DNA from: Cladosporium halotolerans
Lineage: Eukaryota
Length of the DNA stretch: 64,000 bases
NCBI RefSeq assembly: GCF_011745625.1
Contig: NW_027191454.1
Location: forward strand, 558,001 to 622,000
Direction: 5' to 3'
Shown here: positions 1-10,351 of the stretch, in pieces
Position numbering within the stretch: position 1 is the first letter of the stretch
Layout of the letters: every line of letters begins with the position of its first letter
Made by a program: the position numbers and the translations under genes
Notes under the pieces: generated by a model
Database searches by the model: none
Told to the model about the DNA's origin: nothing
What the model saw: only the letters and a program-made list of their open reading frames with translations

Positions 1-545
1 ATATCATTATCACACACTAGCTTTTGACAATGCACTCGATAGTCTGTGTCCACGCATGTCTGCGTACGTACTGCATTGTTAGGTGAATGCCAACGCCAAG
101 CCTGGCGACTCGCTGCGCGAATGTACTATTGTAAGATATATTGTGAAGTCCGCGGATTGCTCCGCCTCCCTCGTATTCGGGCCAGTAGGGAAGCGCACGT
201 CCAAAGACTTCTGCCTCACCGATATACAAAACCCATGCAACGGTACTCTTCGCAGTGAATATGCACGCTTCGACGTCCACTGGGGCGGACGTTCTAAGCC
301 CGCGCAGGAGACGCGTCGTCGTCGCCGCCACATGAGGGCACGCGATCTAACCTCACCTCACAACGGCCGCTTTGAGACACTGCTGCGTCACCCTGCTTGA
401 GGGCGGAAGTTCCAAGCCACACCTTCCGAAATACCTACTGCTCGATCACGGAAGACTGCTCCTGAGATCATATTTAACTAAGTCTGTGGGATAGTCTCGT
501 TCTCGCCACAGAACAGCGGCTCGCCATAACCAGACAGGGCTCAAC

Positions 546-2312
546 ATGGCGCCGTACGGCGGAACCCCATTATTCTCAGAACGCAACCGGTCCGCCAAAG
601 ACGGCGGGCCCAGCGGCGTGCAACGCAACTATGCCACACAGTTGAAAGAACACGAACCGCTCTTCAACACCTACGAGCACCTGCAAGGCCTGCCGCGCGG
701 CGACGCCGCCCTCACGCTGCTGCGCAAGGTCGCCTCGGCGGTGAAACCCATCATGCGCAAACGCGGCTGGCGCGTCCAGATCCTAGCAGAGTTCCTGCCG
801 CCCGAGGGCAACCTTTTGGGCCTGAACATCAACCGCGGCTACAAGATCTGCATCCGCCTGCGCTACCACAACAACCCGGACCTCTTCTTGCCGCTCGAGC
901 AGGTCGTCGACACGATGCTGCACGAGCTCTCGCACAATCGCTGGGGCGACCACGACGCCCGGTTCCACGCGCTGTGGGACGAGCTCAGGGACGAGCACGA
1001 GACGCTCGTCCGCAAGGGCTACACGGGCGAGGGCTTCATGGGCGAGGGCCAGCGCCTGGGTGGCGGGCGGCCGCCGACGGAGCGGGATTTGAGGAAGCTT
1101 GCGCGCGCGGGTGCCGAGAAGCGCAGGGCGACGAGTACGCTCAGTTCGGGATCGGGGCGCCGTTTGGGCGGCTCTGATATCATGCTGGGTCAGGATGCGC
1201 GCGAGGTGATTGCGGGCCAGGCGCTGCTGCGCAATACGATCAACAGGGGCTGTGCTTCGACTAGGAGCGATGCTGAGTCTCTGGCGAAGTCGAGTGCAGC
1301 GACGACGTTTAAGACGAAGGCGGAGGAGGACGATGCAAACGACAGGGCCATCACGCAGGCGCTTTATGAGCTCATGGAGGAAGAGGAGGCAGCTAAGCTG
1401 AACGGCACGTTCACGAGTGCACCATCGGGTGGCGGCCTTGCTTGGAGCAGAGAGCATGGATTGTACGACCCTGCGACTGAGCACCCTCGCGTACCAACCG
1501 AAGAGGAGCAGATGAAATGGGCTATGGAGGAAAGCGTCCGCGCTGACAGAGAAGCCCGAGTCCCCATGGCATCTGGCGCCTTGCCTCCGGAATCCCTGAT
1601 CTCACCCGTCAACCCATCCTACACGTCCTCGCGGTCAGCACGCTCCGCCACCGGCACCTCTCGCGCCTCAACCGTCTCTTCCGCCCCACCACCGAGCCTC
1701 GTTTCCCCCATCAGCCCGAGGCATAAATCCTCCCGCTCTACTGCCAGCAGCTCGCGTACGCACTCCCTCGCAGACGCCAGTCCCGTCTCGCCCCTCTACC
1801 AAGAATCAACACACTCCTCCAACTCGCACTCCCACAAACGCAAAGCGTCCTCCGTCGCGCCCCCTCCCTCGCGCTCCTCCGCCCGCTCGGAAGCAACAAC
1901 TCTCAGCTCCCCCATCACTGCCATCGACCTCTCGGAGCCCTTCAACCCAGACCAGTGGATCTGCGAAATCTGCACCTGCATCAACCCGACGCGCTACCTG
2001 GCCTGCGACGCCTGCGGCATCGAGAGGCCGCAGAGCGTCAAGCCCGCGCGGACGTATCAGCCGAGCGAGGTGGGGTCGCGCGCGAGTGTGGCGAGCTCGG
2101 GGAGGTATAGCAGTAGTGTCGTGGGCTCGGCGGCTAGGTCGTCGAGGAGGAGTGAGGCGCCTGCGTCTTCGGTTCCTTCGACTTCGTCGAGAAGGAGGGA
2201 GAGGGAGAGGGAGAGGGAGAGTCTGGGGTGGGCTTGTGGGAAGTGCGGGACGTACATGGAGCATCGGTGGTGGACTTGTAGTGCTTGTGGCGCTTTGAAA
2301 CAGAGTTCATGA
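546..2312 (+). CDS. WSS1: WLM-domain DNA-dependent metalloprotease (Wss1-like) with C-terminal RanBP2-type zinc fingers
   Basis: WLM core LLGLNINRG...DTMLHELSH (HExxH), SHP-box-like FMGEGQRLGG, UIM-like TEEEQMKWAMEES, and two W-x-C-x2-C...C-x2-C fingers (WICEIC..CDAC, WACGKC..CSAC). The exact start is uncertain. Confidence 0.88.
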   Translation: MAPYGGTPLFSERNRSAKDGGPSGVQRNYATQLKEHEPLFNTYEHLQGLPRGDAALTLLRKVASAVKPIMRKRGWRVQILAEFLPPEGNLLGLNINRGYKICIRLRYHNNPDLFLPLEQVVDTMLHELSHNRWGDHDARFHALWDELRDEHETLVRKGYTGEGFMGEGQRLGGGRPPTERDLRKLARAGAEKRRATSTLSSGSGRRLGGSDIMLGQDAREVIAGQALLRNTINRGCASTRSDAESLAKSSAATTFKTKAEEDDANDRAITQALYELMEEEEAAKLNGTFTSAPSGGGLAWSREHGLYDPATEHPRVPTEEEQMKWAMEESVRADREARVPMASGALPPESLISPVNPSYTSSRSARSATGTSRASTVSSAPPPSLVSPISPRHKSSRSTASSSRTHSLADASPVSPLYQESTHSSNSHSHKRKASSVAPPPSRSSARSEATTLSSPITAIDLSEPFNPDQWICEICTCINPTRYLACDACGIERPQSVKPARTYQPSEVGSRASVASSGRYSSSVVGSAARSSRRSEAPASSVPSTSSRRRERERERESLGWACGKCGTYMEHRWWTCSACGALKQSS

Positions 2313-3080
2313 GGAGGGAGTTTGTGGGATGACACTGTCACTGAGCGAGGAGTTCCGGGTTTCTGTTGGTTCGGTTGAAAGCTGTACTTTGGAGAGCATG
2401 AGATGCTATGGCTGTGGCTGGCTAAGCGAGGCGTTCTGGCTAGCATGATGAACGATTTTCTTTCCCTGCGAATGACACTACTTGCACTGGTCTCACGTGC
2501 TCATTTGGATTCCGATGAAGTCTAAAGCATCGACAATGATTCTACCATTGCTACTTGGGACCGTACATGGACAGATTTTCGGCTAAACATTGCCCCGGTG
2601 GGATGAATCGGCGTTATCGGGAGTAAACCGCAATGATCAATGGATCGATTGGAACGAGTGGAATGGTCAATTAATTGCTGCTTCTGCTCTAAGGAAGCGG
2701 TGTGTAGACTCCCCTATTGACGGAATACCAAGTAGCACAAGGAGGTCGTAGGGAGAGTTTTATCATAGAAAGGCTATAATAAGATGCGGCTAAGATGAAG
2801 CAGCCCTCGGTTCAGGGTCCCCCTCCAGCTGCGACGCGAGACAGCGGAAGCCAAGTGGCAGCAGCGAACAATCCACTCCTCCCCTTCGCGCTCCTTATAC
2901 GAAACAAAACGGCCCAAGTCGGAGAAACCGCTCCTTCCATGACACCAATGCCTACCGACTGATCGTTTCATTCTTTGTCTTCACCAATCCCCTTAACCAA
3001 TTCCTTTCCAGCCGCCTACGGGCTTCCAATACTGTAGATCCCCGACTTCGAGACGCGGCTCGACCAACACCTTATCAACA

Positions 3081-4449
3081 ATGCCCGCCAAATCGCGCTT
3101 CACAAAGCTCGATGCTTTCACCAAAACCGTCGAAGATGCGCGCGTACGAACGACCTCCGGCGGCATTGTGACCGTCACCTCGCTGCTCCTCATCCTTTGG
3201 CTGGCATGGGGCGAGTGGGCCGACTACAGGCGTATTGTCGTCCACCCGGAGCTCATGGTCGACAAGGGCCGCGGCGAGAAAATGGAGATCCACATGAACG
3301 TGTCCTTCCCGCGCATACCCTGCGAGCTGCTCACACTCGACGTCATGGACGTCTCGGGAGAGATCCAGACCGGCGTCATGCACGGCGTCAATAAGGTGCG
3401 GTTACGGCCGGAGAGCGAGGGCGGCGGCGCGATCGAGAGCAAGGCTCTGCAGCTTTCCGAGGACGACGCGGCGCAGCACCTGGACCCGAACTATTGCGGT
3501 GAATGCTACGGAGCGCCGTCGCCGTCAAACGCGATCAAGGCGGGCTGCTGTAACACTTGCGCCGAAGTGAGGGAGGCTTACGCCGGCGTGAGCTGGTCCT
3601 TCGGTAGGGGCGAGGGCGTCGAGCAGTGCGAGCGGGAACACTACAGCGAGCACCTGGACGCGCAGAGGAAGGAGGGATGCCGCATCGAGGGCGGCATCCG
3701 CGTCAACAAGGTGGTTGGAAATTTCCACTTTGCTCCCGGCAAGAGTTTCAGCAACGGCAACATGCACGTACACGACCTGGAGAACTACTTCGCCGGCGGC
3801 GACGGCATCGAGCACACCTTCACGCACAAGGTGCACCACCTGCGCTTCGGGCCCCAGCTGTCGGACGAGGTCGTCACGCGCATTGGCAAGAAGGGCATGG
3901 CCTGGTCGAACCACCACCTGAACCCGCTCGACGACACAGAGCAGAAGACGGAAGAGAAGGCCTACAACTACATGTACTTCGTCAAGGTGGTCTCGACCGC
4001 CTACCTGCCGCTCGGCTGGGAGCAGAAGACTAGCGTCTTCGACATTCCCTCCGAGCTGATCAAGCTGGGCGACTACGGCAAGGGCGAGGCAAACAGCATT
4101 GAGACCCACCAGTACAGTGTGACGAGCCACAAGCGTAGCCTGACAGGCGGCGATGCCAGCAAGGAGGGCCACAGCGAGCGACTGCACGCCAGAGGCGGCA
4201 TTCCCGGTGTCTTCTTCTCATACGTATGTCATCATTAATCTCCCACAAATGTGAATCCCATACTGACTTTCCCCCTCACAGGACATCTCCCCAATGAAGG
4301 TCGTCAACCGCGAGGCGCGCTCAAAGTCCTTCTCCGGCTTCCTCGTCGGCGTCTGCGCCATCGTCGGCGGCACCCTGACGGTCGCCGCGGCGGTCGACAG
4401 GGCGCTGTACGAGGGCGGTTCGAGGCTGAAGAAGATCCACTCGAATTAG
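3081..4449 (+). CDS. ERV46: ER-Golgi intermediate compartment protein Erv46/ERGIC3; exons 3081-4223 and 4282-4449
   Basis: N-terminal LDAFTKTVEDARVRTTSGG plus TM helix, Cys-rich CGECYGA..CCNTC, and GCRIEG..VNKVVGNFHFAPG. Intron 4224-4281 (GTATGT..TACTGAC..CAG) restores PGVFFSY|DISPMKV, the second TM helix and a C-terminal KIHSN (KxHxx-type retrieval signal). Confidence 0.93.
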
Positions 4450-5279
4450 ATGTAAGGGTTTTCGCGTTTCCTCTTTGGTTCTGCGTGTATGTTTTTGCTG
4501 TCTTTCGGTCGAGGTTGCATTTGCATCGAAAATTGGCGTGGCGCATGTAGAGGGGAGATCTTGGTGTTTACTAGGAGAAATACAAAAAGAACAATCTTCA
4601 AAATACTTATCTCCCAATCGTACTCGCTGATTGATATCGAACTTTTCAGTTTCTCTTGTTCGAGACGACTTGATAACGTTGTGCCCGGCTAGAGACGGGC
4701 CTCTTTGCTTCTGCGGGCTGATGCGACTTCACTTCACCTTTGATCATCGCTTTGCAGCCCAACCCAGCCTCAGGCCCGCTTCACCACTCGGTCTTTCACA
4801 TGCCTACCTTCGCTAGCCGCCCTTCGCCAGCGCTTCACTTGCTCAACGTTCACGTGTATCGGTTCGTATCTGTCTTATTCCGCCCGTGTCTTCGTTAAGC
4901 CCGTCACTTTGAACTACTGACTCACATACTACCCCTAGCGCCTCACATGCCTAGCCTCCTCGTCCGCCCGGTATAACACCCCGGCAGCTTCACCAATACC
5001 TTTTAACTCCGACATCCACTCTCCAATATCCACGCAGTGTCTCCAGTCCACTACGCACCTCGACTTCCGACATCCAATTAAGAAACATCCTCAACTATAC
5101 CCATTCCTTATATCGCCTCGACGCCTCCTCTTTGAGAGTATAACCTTAGAGTGATACTCTCTAATCTGCAACACGAAGGCCGTACCTTGGAGTGTACCCT
5201 CCCTACCCTCCTAGTCACTATTACAGACGCCTTGGAACCACCCTTGGGCACCTACCTCATACTCGACTCTTTTCGACGC

Positions 5280-5434
5280 GTAAGTAGAGATAACACTTCA
5301 GTTTAGGTAGACGCTTGTAATGGTCATAGAGGCTTTACCTATCCGACCCTGATAACGATTCTAAGCTGTCTACTCTAGCCTGATCTACCATATTGGATAT
5401 CTCTTTCGCCTTTCTACTAACACTTTACATCTAG
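5280..5434 (+). other. Putative 155-nt 5'UTR intron of the small tandem-repeat gene, containing an imperfect inverted repeat
   Basis: Canonical GTAAGT donor at 5280, perfect TACTAAC branch point at 5415-5421 and TAG acceptor at 5432-5434, 74 nt before the ATG at 5509. Confidence 0.55.
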
Positions 5435-5508
5435 TACCTCACATCTTCCGAGTCTTAAGCCACCCGACCTATTTCCCTGTCGACCTTCGGCAGCTCTCCT
5501 CCCGCAAG

Positions 5509-6019
5509 ATGGTTGGAAACTTGACTTTCGGCAACCTTACCAATGCCAACCAGCAGCGTCTTGCTGCCACCTTTTTCAACATCAACCCTGGCTCCCGTAA
5601 CACGATCATGACAATGGTAGACCAAAGACTCGTCCTTTAATTGTCATCTTGATCGCATGCTAACGTTCTCTTTGTAGATCAATTGGGGAAAAGCTGCCAC
5701 GGATTTTCGCTCAGACGGAGCGATCACCGGTGCTTCGTTCAAGACGAGCATTTTGCGTATCCTGAAGCGCAGATGGGCTCACGTGTCTGATTCCGATAAG
5801 AGGCGCCTCGCCGCGGCCCTCTGGAACGCCCACGACCCAAGAGCTGCTATAGCCCATGTGAGTGATCCCAGCGTCCTGAGTATGTCGTAGTCACCATGCC
5901 TTTGCTGACTATCTTCGTCATAGGTCGACTGGAATGGTGCCACGACCACTTTTAGACCTACAGGGAATTCGATCACGCCTGCCTCATTCAGGACCAGCAT
6001 CAGTCGCCTATTACCTTGA
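5509..6019 (+). CDS. Small 127-aa protein with two tandem Myb/SANT-like repeats; exons 5509-5616, 5678-5857 and 5924-6019 (absent from the ORF track)
   Basis: Introns 5617-5677 (GTAGAC..GCTAAC..TAG) and 5858-5923 (GTGAGT..GCTGAC..TAG), both phase 0, join into one open frame: MVGNLTFGNLTNANQQRLAATFFNINPGSRNTIMTM|INWGKAATDFRSDGAITGASFKTSILRILKRRWAHVSDSDKRRLAAALWNAHDPRAAIAH|VDWNGATTTFRPTGNSITPASFRTSISRLLP*. The internal repeat is visible across the junctions. Confidence 0.75.
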
Positions 6020-6503
6020 TTTGCACGGGGAGACCACCCTCGGTCGCCCAAGGAAAGCAACAGCTAGTGGCAATGTCGATGAGAAGATATTTCATGTCAG
6101 CAAACCGGTCAATTGACTTAGTAGGCTCCAAATGTGTCTGCACGACACATGATCTTGAACAAGGATGCCCTGGCAATTGTCGGACTTGGAACTGCTGGAG
6201 GAATGCAGAATCCAGGCTCGTGTCAACTCAAATGTGCAAGGGCTTTTTCTTTTTTTTTTCTACTCCGGCATGGATTGATCGGGGTTCCGGCGGATGCCCT
6301 TAGGCGCCAGAGTTCTCCTGGACCGGAATTTCGGGTTGCGTCTCTTCATTGGTGAGCGACATTCAAAGACTCAGTCTCTTCAAGATGGCTATGAGTCTTT
6401 GCGTGTAGCTCTGTGGCTTGAGCTTGCGTCTCCTACAGACTGACTTCACTTTGGTCTCAGATCAAAAGCTAATGATTGTTGAGTTTGCCTATTTCAATTC
6501 TTC

Positions 6504-9176
6504 CTATTCCTGAGTTCTCACTTCTTGAGCTACAGCGTGGCACAATTCAACCGCCACGCCAGCTCCCGACAACACATCTATCCACATACGCTGCGTATCA
6601 CTCAAGCGATCGTTCTCGCTCTTGACTTCAGCAAACATGACCTGCCCTCCCTCTTTGCCAGCCAATGCCCCATTGCCGATGCCTGATCCGGCAGCGGCAG
6701 GGTCAGATATGTGAGCTCCGTCCTTCCAGAGAAATAAGTCAGGAACCCCGCCACCGCGCTGACCGTACTCCTGAGCAAACACTTTCATAACCGTACCCAA
6801 CGCGCTCGGGGGGAAAGCCCGGCAGATCTCCTGCAAGTCTTCAAGCTCGTACGTCCAGTCTAGTCCGACCACGCAGGTGCGCCTTTCGTTGTGGTCCTGC
6901 CATACTCGTGAGAGGATTGATTCAGCATCCCCGTTGCTGATCTCGTTACAGCGCGCGTTAACCTCGCTCATCCGTGACGGATAGAAGGCATCGGAATGTA
7001 GATCCAAAGGACACGTCTGGAACTCTGTCTGGAAGACATTCGGGATATAGACGAAGAGAACGTCGTAGAAGAGGAAAGCGAAGAGTGTACGCAAGAGGCG
7101 CCCTTCGCAATGATAGCCTTTCCAACCGAGTGCGCGGTAGGACGAGAGACACATATCTTCGACGCTGCATTCACCTTCTGCTTTCACTCCTTCCCCTGTC
7201 TCGGAGTTGGTGTTTGTGTGCAGCTCAGGATCTAGCCAAATCGTCTTGGCACCGCGGAAGGATGGTTTGCCTTGCTCGCTACTTCGGCGAGAAGTCGCTG
7301 GACGCTCAATGCGAGTGCCGCTGAATGTTCGCTCGAGTGGCTTTGTGAGGCGGACGTGTCCAAAGTCATGCTGGAACCGTTTCGGTGTCTTCAGCGCTTT
7401 CTCGAGTTTGACCGTACGTTTCTGTAGGTCATGGTGGTAGATGAGATGGGTGAGCTGATCTTCCAGTCCCGTTTCGCATGTCTGCAGAGCCATTCGTCTC
7501 CAATGCTTCTTCTTGGTTTCCGTGTCCTTACACGTCGGTGGCGAAGGTAAATGGAGATGCATGTAATGTTCCTCGAGCAAAGCCTTTCGCTGGTACCAAT
7601 CGCCGCGTCGCGATGTGTGAAAGAGTCGCTGACCCAAGAGTTCGCAAAGCACCTCATGCTCGCGCTTGTGATCTTTGAACTTGCCGAGCACGTATGCAGC
7701 TTTGTGTATGATCCGTGTGTAAACCCATGCTGGTGATAATCGGCGGAGATACGCGCCTTCACCAGTAGAGTAAATACTGTCTTCCTTTCGCTGCTCATCA
7801 TCCAGCAGAACTTTCCAACGTGGATGAACCTCCTCGAAAATATCGAGGATCATTTGCAATTTTTCCGTAGTCGGAGTACCATTGAATTCAAGGATGTTGT
7901 CAACCCTAAATTGCGTGCGTATCGATGCTTCGAATTCTAACAGAAGTGGACGAGAAGCAAAGATGTTGGCACTTCTGCTCACGATATATTCTGGGAAGTT
8001 CCATCTGGCGATGCGGGCAAGTATGATTGTCGTAAGTGATTTCTCGGTCCATTCGGTACTGCGGTAAAACACAAGATGAACACGCTCGAAGAGCTTCAGG
8101 ACGGGAAAGGAAAGGCGTATACACGGTCCCGTCTCTGCCATGATCTTGTCCACAAAGTATGCGTCGCGGTTCTCGGCTCGACTAGGTGTATTGCTTCGGC
8201 TGCGGCCATCTTCCAGACCTGATCCTGCTGAGGCGGCACTTTCTTCGGTTTCAGACCGCTTCAGGCTAGCGAAATCTAAGCCGGTCTGTTTGCCACTTGC
8301 CTTTCTCAAGGCACGCAGAAGTTCTCTCTTGTTCTTGCCTTGGGCTTTTGCGTCTTTTGCGATGGCTTTGAGTTCATCCAACAACAATAACGACGACGCC
8401 TCTTCTAGATCTTTGATGCAATCTTCAGAGCGATCTGCGAAAGTGAATTGCTCACCAAGAAACGCACCCTCTGGTGGATCCAACTCGCCTGGATTGTCCT
8501 GGGGAGCTGCCGACGTGCTCGGAGTTTCCCGGACGAGTTGTAGGTCAGAGATGGCTTGAGGCATGTCTGCAATGTCGCTATGGTATCCAAGTCGATTGAT
8601 TCGGTGCCAACTGGAAGTCTTTCGTAAGAACAGACGGACGTAGAGATACTGCGCTTCATAGCTAAGTTCCCGCCATTGCTGGAAGACAGAATGCTCTGCT
8701 TCGTCGAACAGGTGGCTCTCATCCTCCAACACTGTCTCAAGCGCCAGATTGAAAGCGTCCACATATATCGAGCTTTTGCCTCGCACCCATTTCGAATCTG
8801 CTAGCCGGCCCTTTAAGTCGAACTCTCCCGCTGCGCGTGAAGCCTCGTACGCTTCTATGGCTTCCTTGTCGGACTGGATGTGAGGCAAGGCCGTCTCAAG
8901 GTCTGTACGCTTGTCCCCTTGAGGCTCGTCTTCGTGTACGACCTCATCATCGCTATCCGCATCCGAGTCTGCGATCTCGCTTTTGTACGACCTCTTTTCT
9001 GTTTTTTGCGGGCTTGCCTTTTTCGTCACGAAGTCCGAGATGTCGCGCTTGATGCGCTTGGGAGGTGGCGTCGCAAAGTCCTCGTCGCCCTCATCATAGT
9101 TGGTGGCCTTGGAGTGCGGTACCCGCGTACCCACCATGGCATTGTGCTTGGATGGACTGCTGGCCTGCAGCACCAT
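6504..9176 (-). CDS. FAN1: Fanconi-associated nuclease 1 (VRR-NUC domain)
   Basis: 890-aa ORF with the winged-helix region YLYVRLFLRK..W, a SAP-like segment, the TPR region (RRGDWYQRKAL) and the C-terminal PD-(D/E)xK nuclease motif GGVPDLFLW...FAEVKSENDRLSDTQRMW. Confidence 0.92.
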   Translation of the reverse strand: MVLQASSPSKHNAMVGTRVPHSKATNYDEGDEDFATPPPKRIKRDISDFVTKKASPQKTEKRSYKSEIADSDADSDDEVVHEDEPQGDKRTDLETALPHIQSDKEAIEAYEASRAAGEFDLKGRLADSKWVRGKSSIYVDAFNLALETVLEDESHLFDEAEHSVFQQWRELSYEAQYLYVRLFLRKTSSWHRINRLGYHSDIADMPQAISDLQLVRETPSTSAAPQDNPGELDPPEGAFLGEQFTFADRSEDCIKDLEEASSLLLLDELKAIAKDAKAQGKNKRELLRALRKASGKQTGLDFASLKRSETEESAASAGSGLEDGRSRSNTPSRAENRDAYFVDKIMAETGPCIRLSFPVLKLFERVHLVFYRSTEWTEKSLTTIILARIARWNFPEYIVSRSANIFASRPLLLEFEASIRTQFRVDNILEFNGTPTTEKLQMILDIFEEVHPRWKVLLDDEQRKEDSIYSTGEGAYLRRLSPAWVYTRIIHKAAYVLGKFKDHKREHEVLCELLGQRLFHTSRRGDWYQRKALLEEHYMHLHLPSPPTCKDTETKKKHWRRMALQTCETGLEDQLTHLIYHHDLQKRTVKLEKALKTPKRFQHDFGHVRLTKPLERTFSGTRIERPATSRRSSEQGKPSFRGAKTIWLDPELHTNTNSETGEGVKAEGECSVEDMCLSSYRALGWKGYHCEGRLLRTLFAFLFYDVLFVYIPNVFQTEFQTCPLDLHSDAFYPSRMSEVNARCNEISNGDAESILSRVWQDHNERRTCVVGLDWTYELEDLQEICRAFPPSALGTVMKVFAQEYGQRGGGVPDLFLWKDGAHISDPAAAGSGIGNGALAGKEGGQVMFAEVKSENDRLSDTQRMWIDVLSGAGVAVELCHAVAQEVRTQE

Positions 9177-9402
9177 CGCAGCAGCTGAACATCTGGAGTA
9201 GAGTTCGAGGCGTGATGCGTGACCTGCTGCAGCCTAGCGGGTCACCAACGCGAGAGCACGTGAAAGTGGATAACCGATGACCTCATGCAGCATGAATGGA
9301 TGGTCCAAGTCTGAGGCCTGCGACAGCGCCGGCGCTCTATCCTGCATGCACCACAAACATCGCAGTCTATAACCCACTCGCCATACCTATGTACTCCACA
9401 CA

Positions 9403-10053
9403 ATGAAACCCTTCAAAGCCATCCTCGCCTCCAGCCTCGTGGTCACCAGCAGCGCTTTCCTCGTCCTGCCCTTCCAGTCAAAGCCTTCGCCCGCACCCCG
9501 CCTCAACGACCACAATCAGTCACCCATCATGAACCCCGGCATCCAGCTCCCAGCAGCAGAAGACGGCCCTCCTTCGACCGCTCCTCCCAAGGGCGATGTC
9601 ATTCTTTCCGACGTGATCGGCAACCAGCGCGGCATCAACGTCTTCGCCAGCTTCACCCGCGACATTGGCTCCGTCACCTCTCGCCTCGAAAGCGCAGGCC
9701 TCAACACGACCGTCCTCGCTCCCGTGAACAGTGCTCTCTCCGCTCTGCCTCGGAAGCCGTGGGAAGACCCTGAAGACTACGCGAAGCTAGGTGCCGAAGC
9801 TTACGATGGGAAGAGCGGCGAAAACCGCGCGAACAGCAACCTGAAGCGCTTCACCGAGGCACACGTTGTTCTCGCCAGTCCCTGGAAAGAGGGCGAGAAG
9901 GTCGACCGGATGGAAGGTGGGCAAGTCTGGTGGGAGAAGAAAGACGGGAAGGCGTATGTCCAGCCCGGTAACATTGAAGTTGACAGCGTGGTGAGTAAGG
10001 TGGCGAACGGCGAGGTCTGGGTCTTGAAAGGCGTGTTGAACTACGCTTCTTGA
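9403..10053 (+). CDS. Secreted single FAS1 (fasciclin) domain protein, YDR262W-like
   Basis: Signal peptide MKPFKAILASSLVVTSSA and FAS1 motifs TTVLAPVNSAL..LPRKPWEDP and NGEVWVLKGVLNY. Confidence 0.82.
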   Translation: MKPFKAILASSLVVTSSAFLVLPFQSKPSPAPRLNDHNQSPIMNPGIQLPAAEDGPPSTAPPKGDVILSDVIGNQRGINVFASFTRDIGSVTSRLESAGLNTTVLAPVNSALSALPRKPWEDPEDYAKLGAEAYDGKSGENRANSNLKRFTEAHVVLASPWKEGEKVDRMEGGQVWWEKKDGKAYVQPGNIEVDSVVSKVANGEVWVLKGVLNYAS

Positions 10054-10351
10054 ACAGGGCATTCTGCGCGGGCGGATGATAGTGGTCAATAACGGCGTTT
10101 CGACTTTGATGAGCACATGTGCATGATATTAATACGTACGAGCATTGGAGGTAAACTGGACCTAGAACATATATAGTCCTGCTGCTAAGCAAGCATATAT
10201 GATATCTTATGAGCAACGATCTAATGCTATATACTTTGTTCAAGATCTATACTCTTTTCAGCCGATTTTGGGTCCAGCACTTGGATCCCTTGTCGCCAAA
10301 AGACTCCCGAACGGTGCATTGCCAGACGCTCGATGATGACGCATGTACACT

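Noticed and set aside
5280..5434. Possible fungal TPP riboswitch in the structured intron
   Set aside because: It lacks the conserved CUGAGA and the downstream UGAU...AAU...GCG core, and the gene is not thiamine-related.
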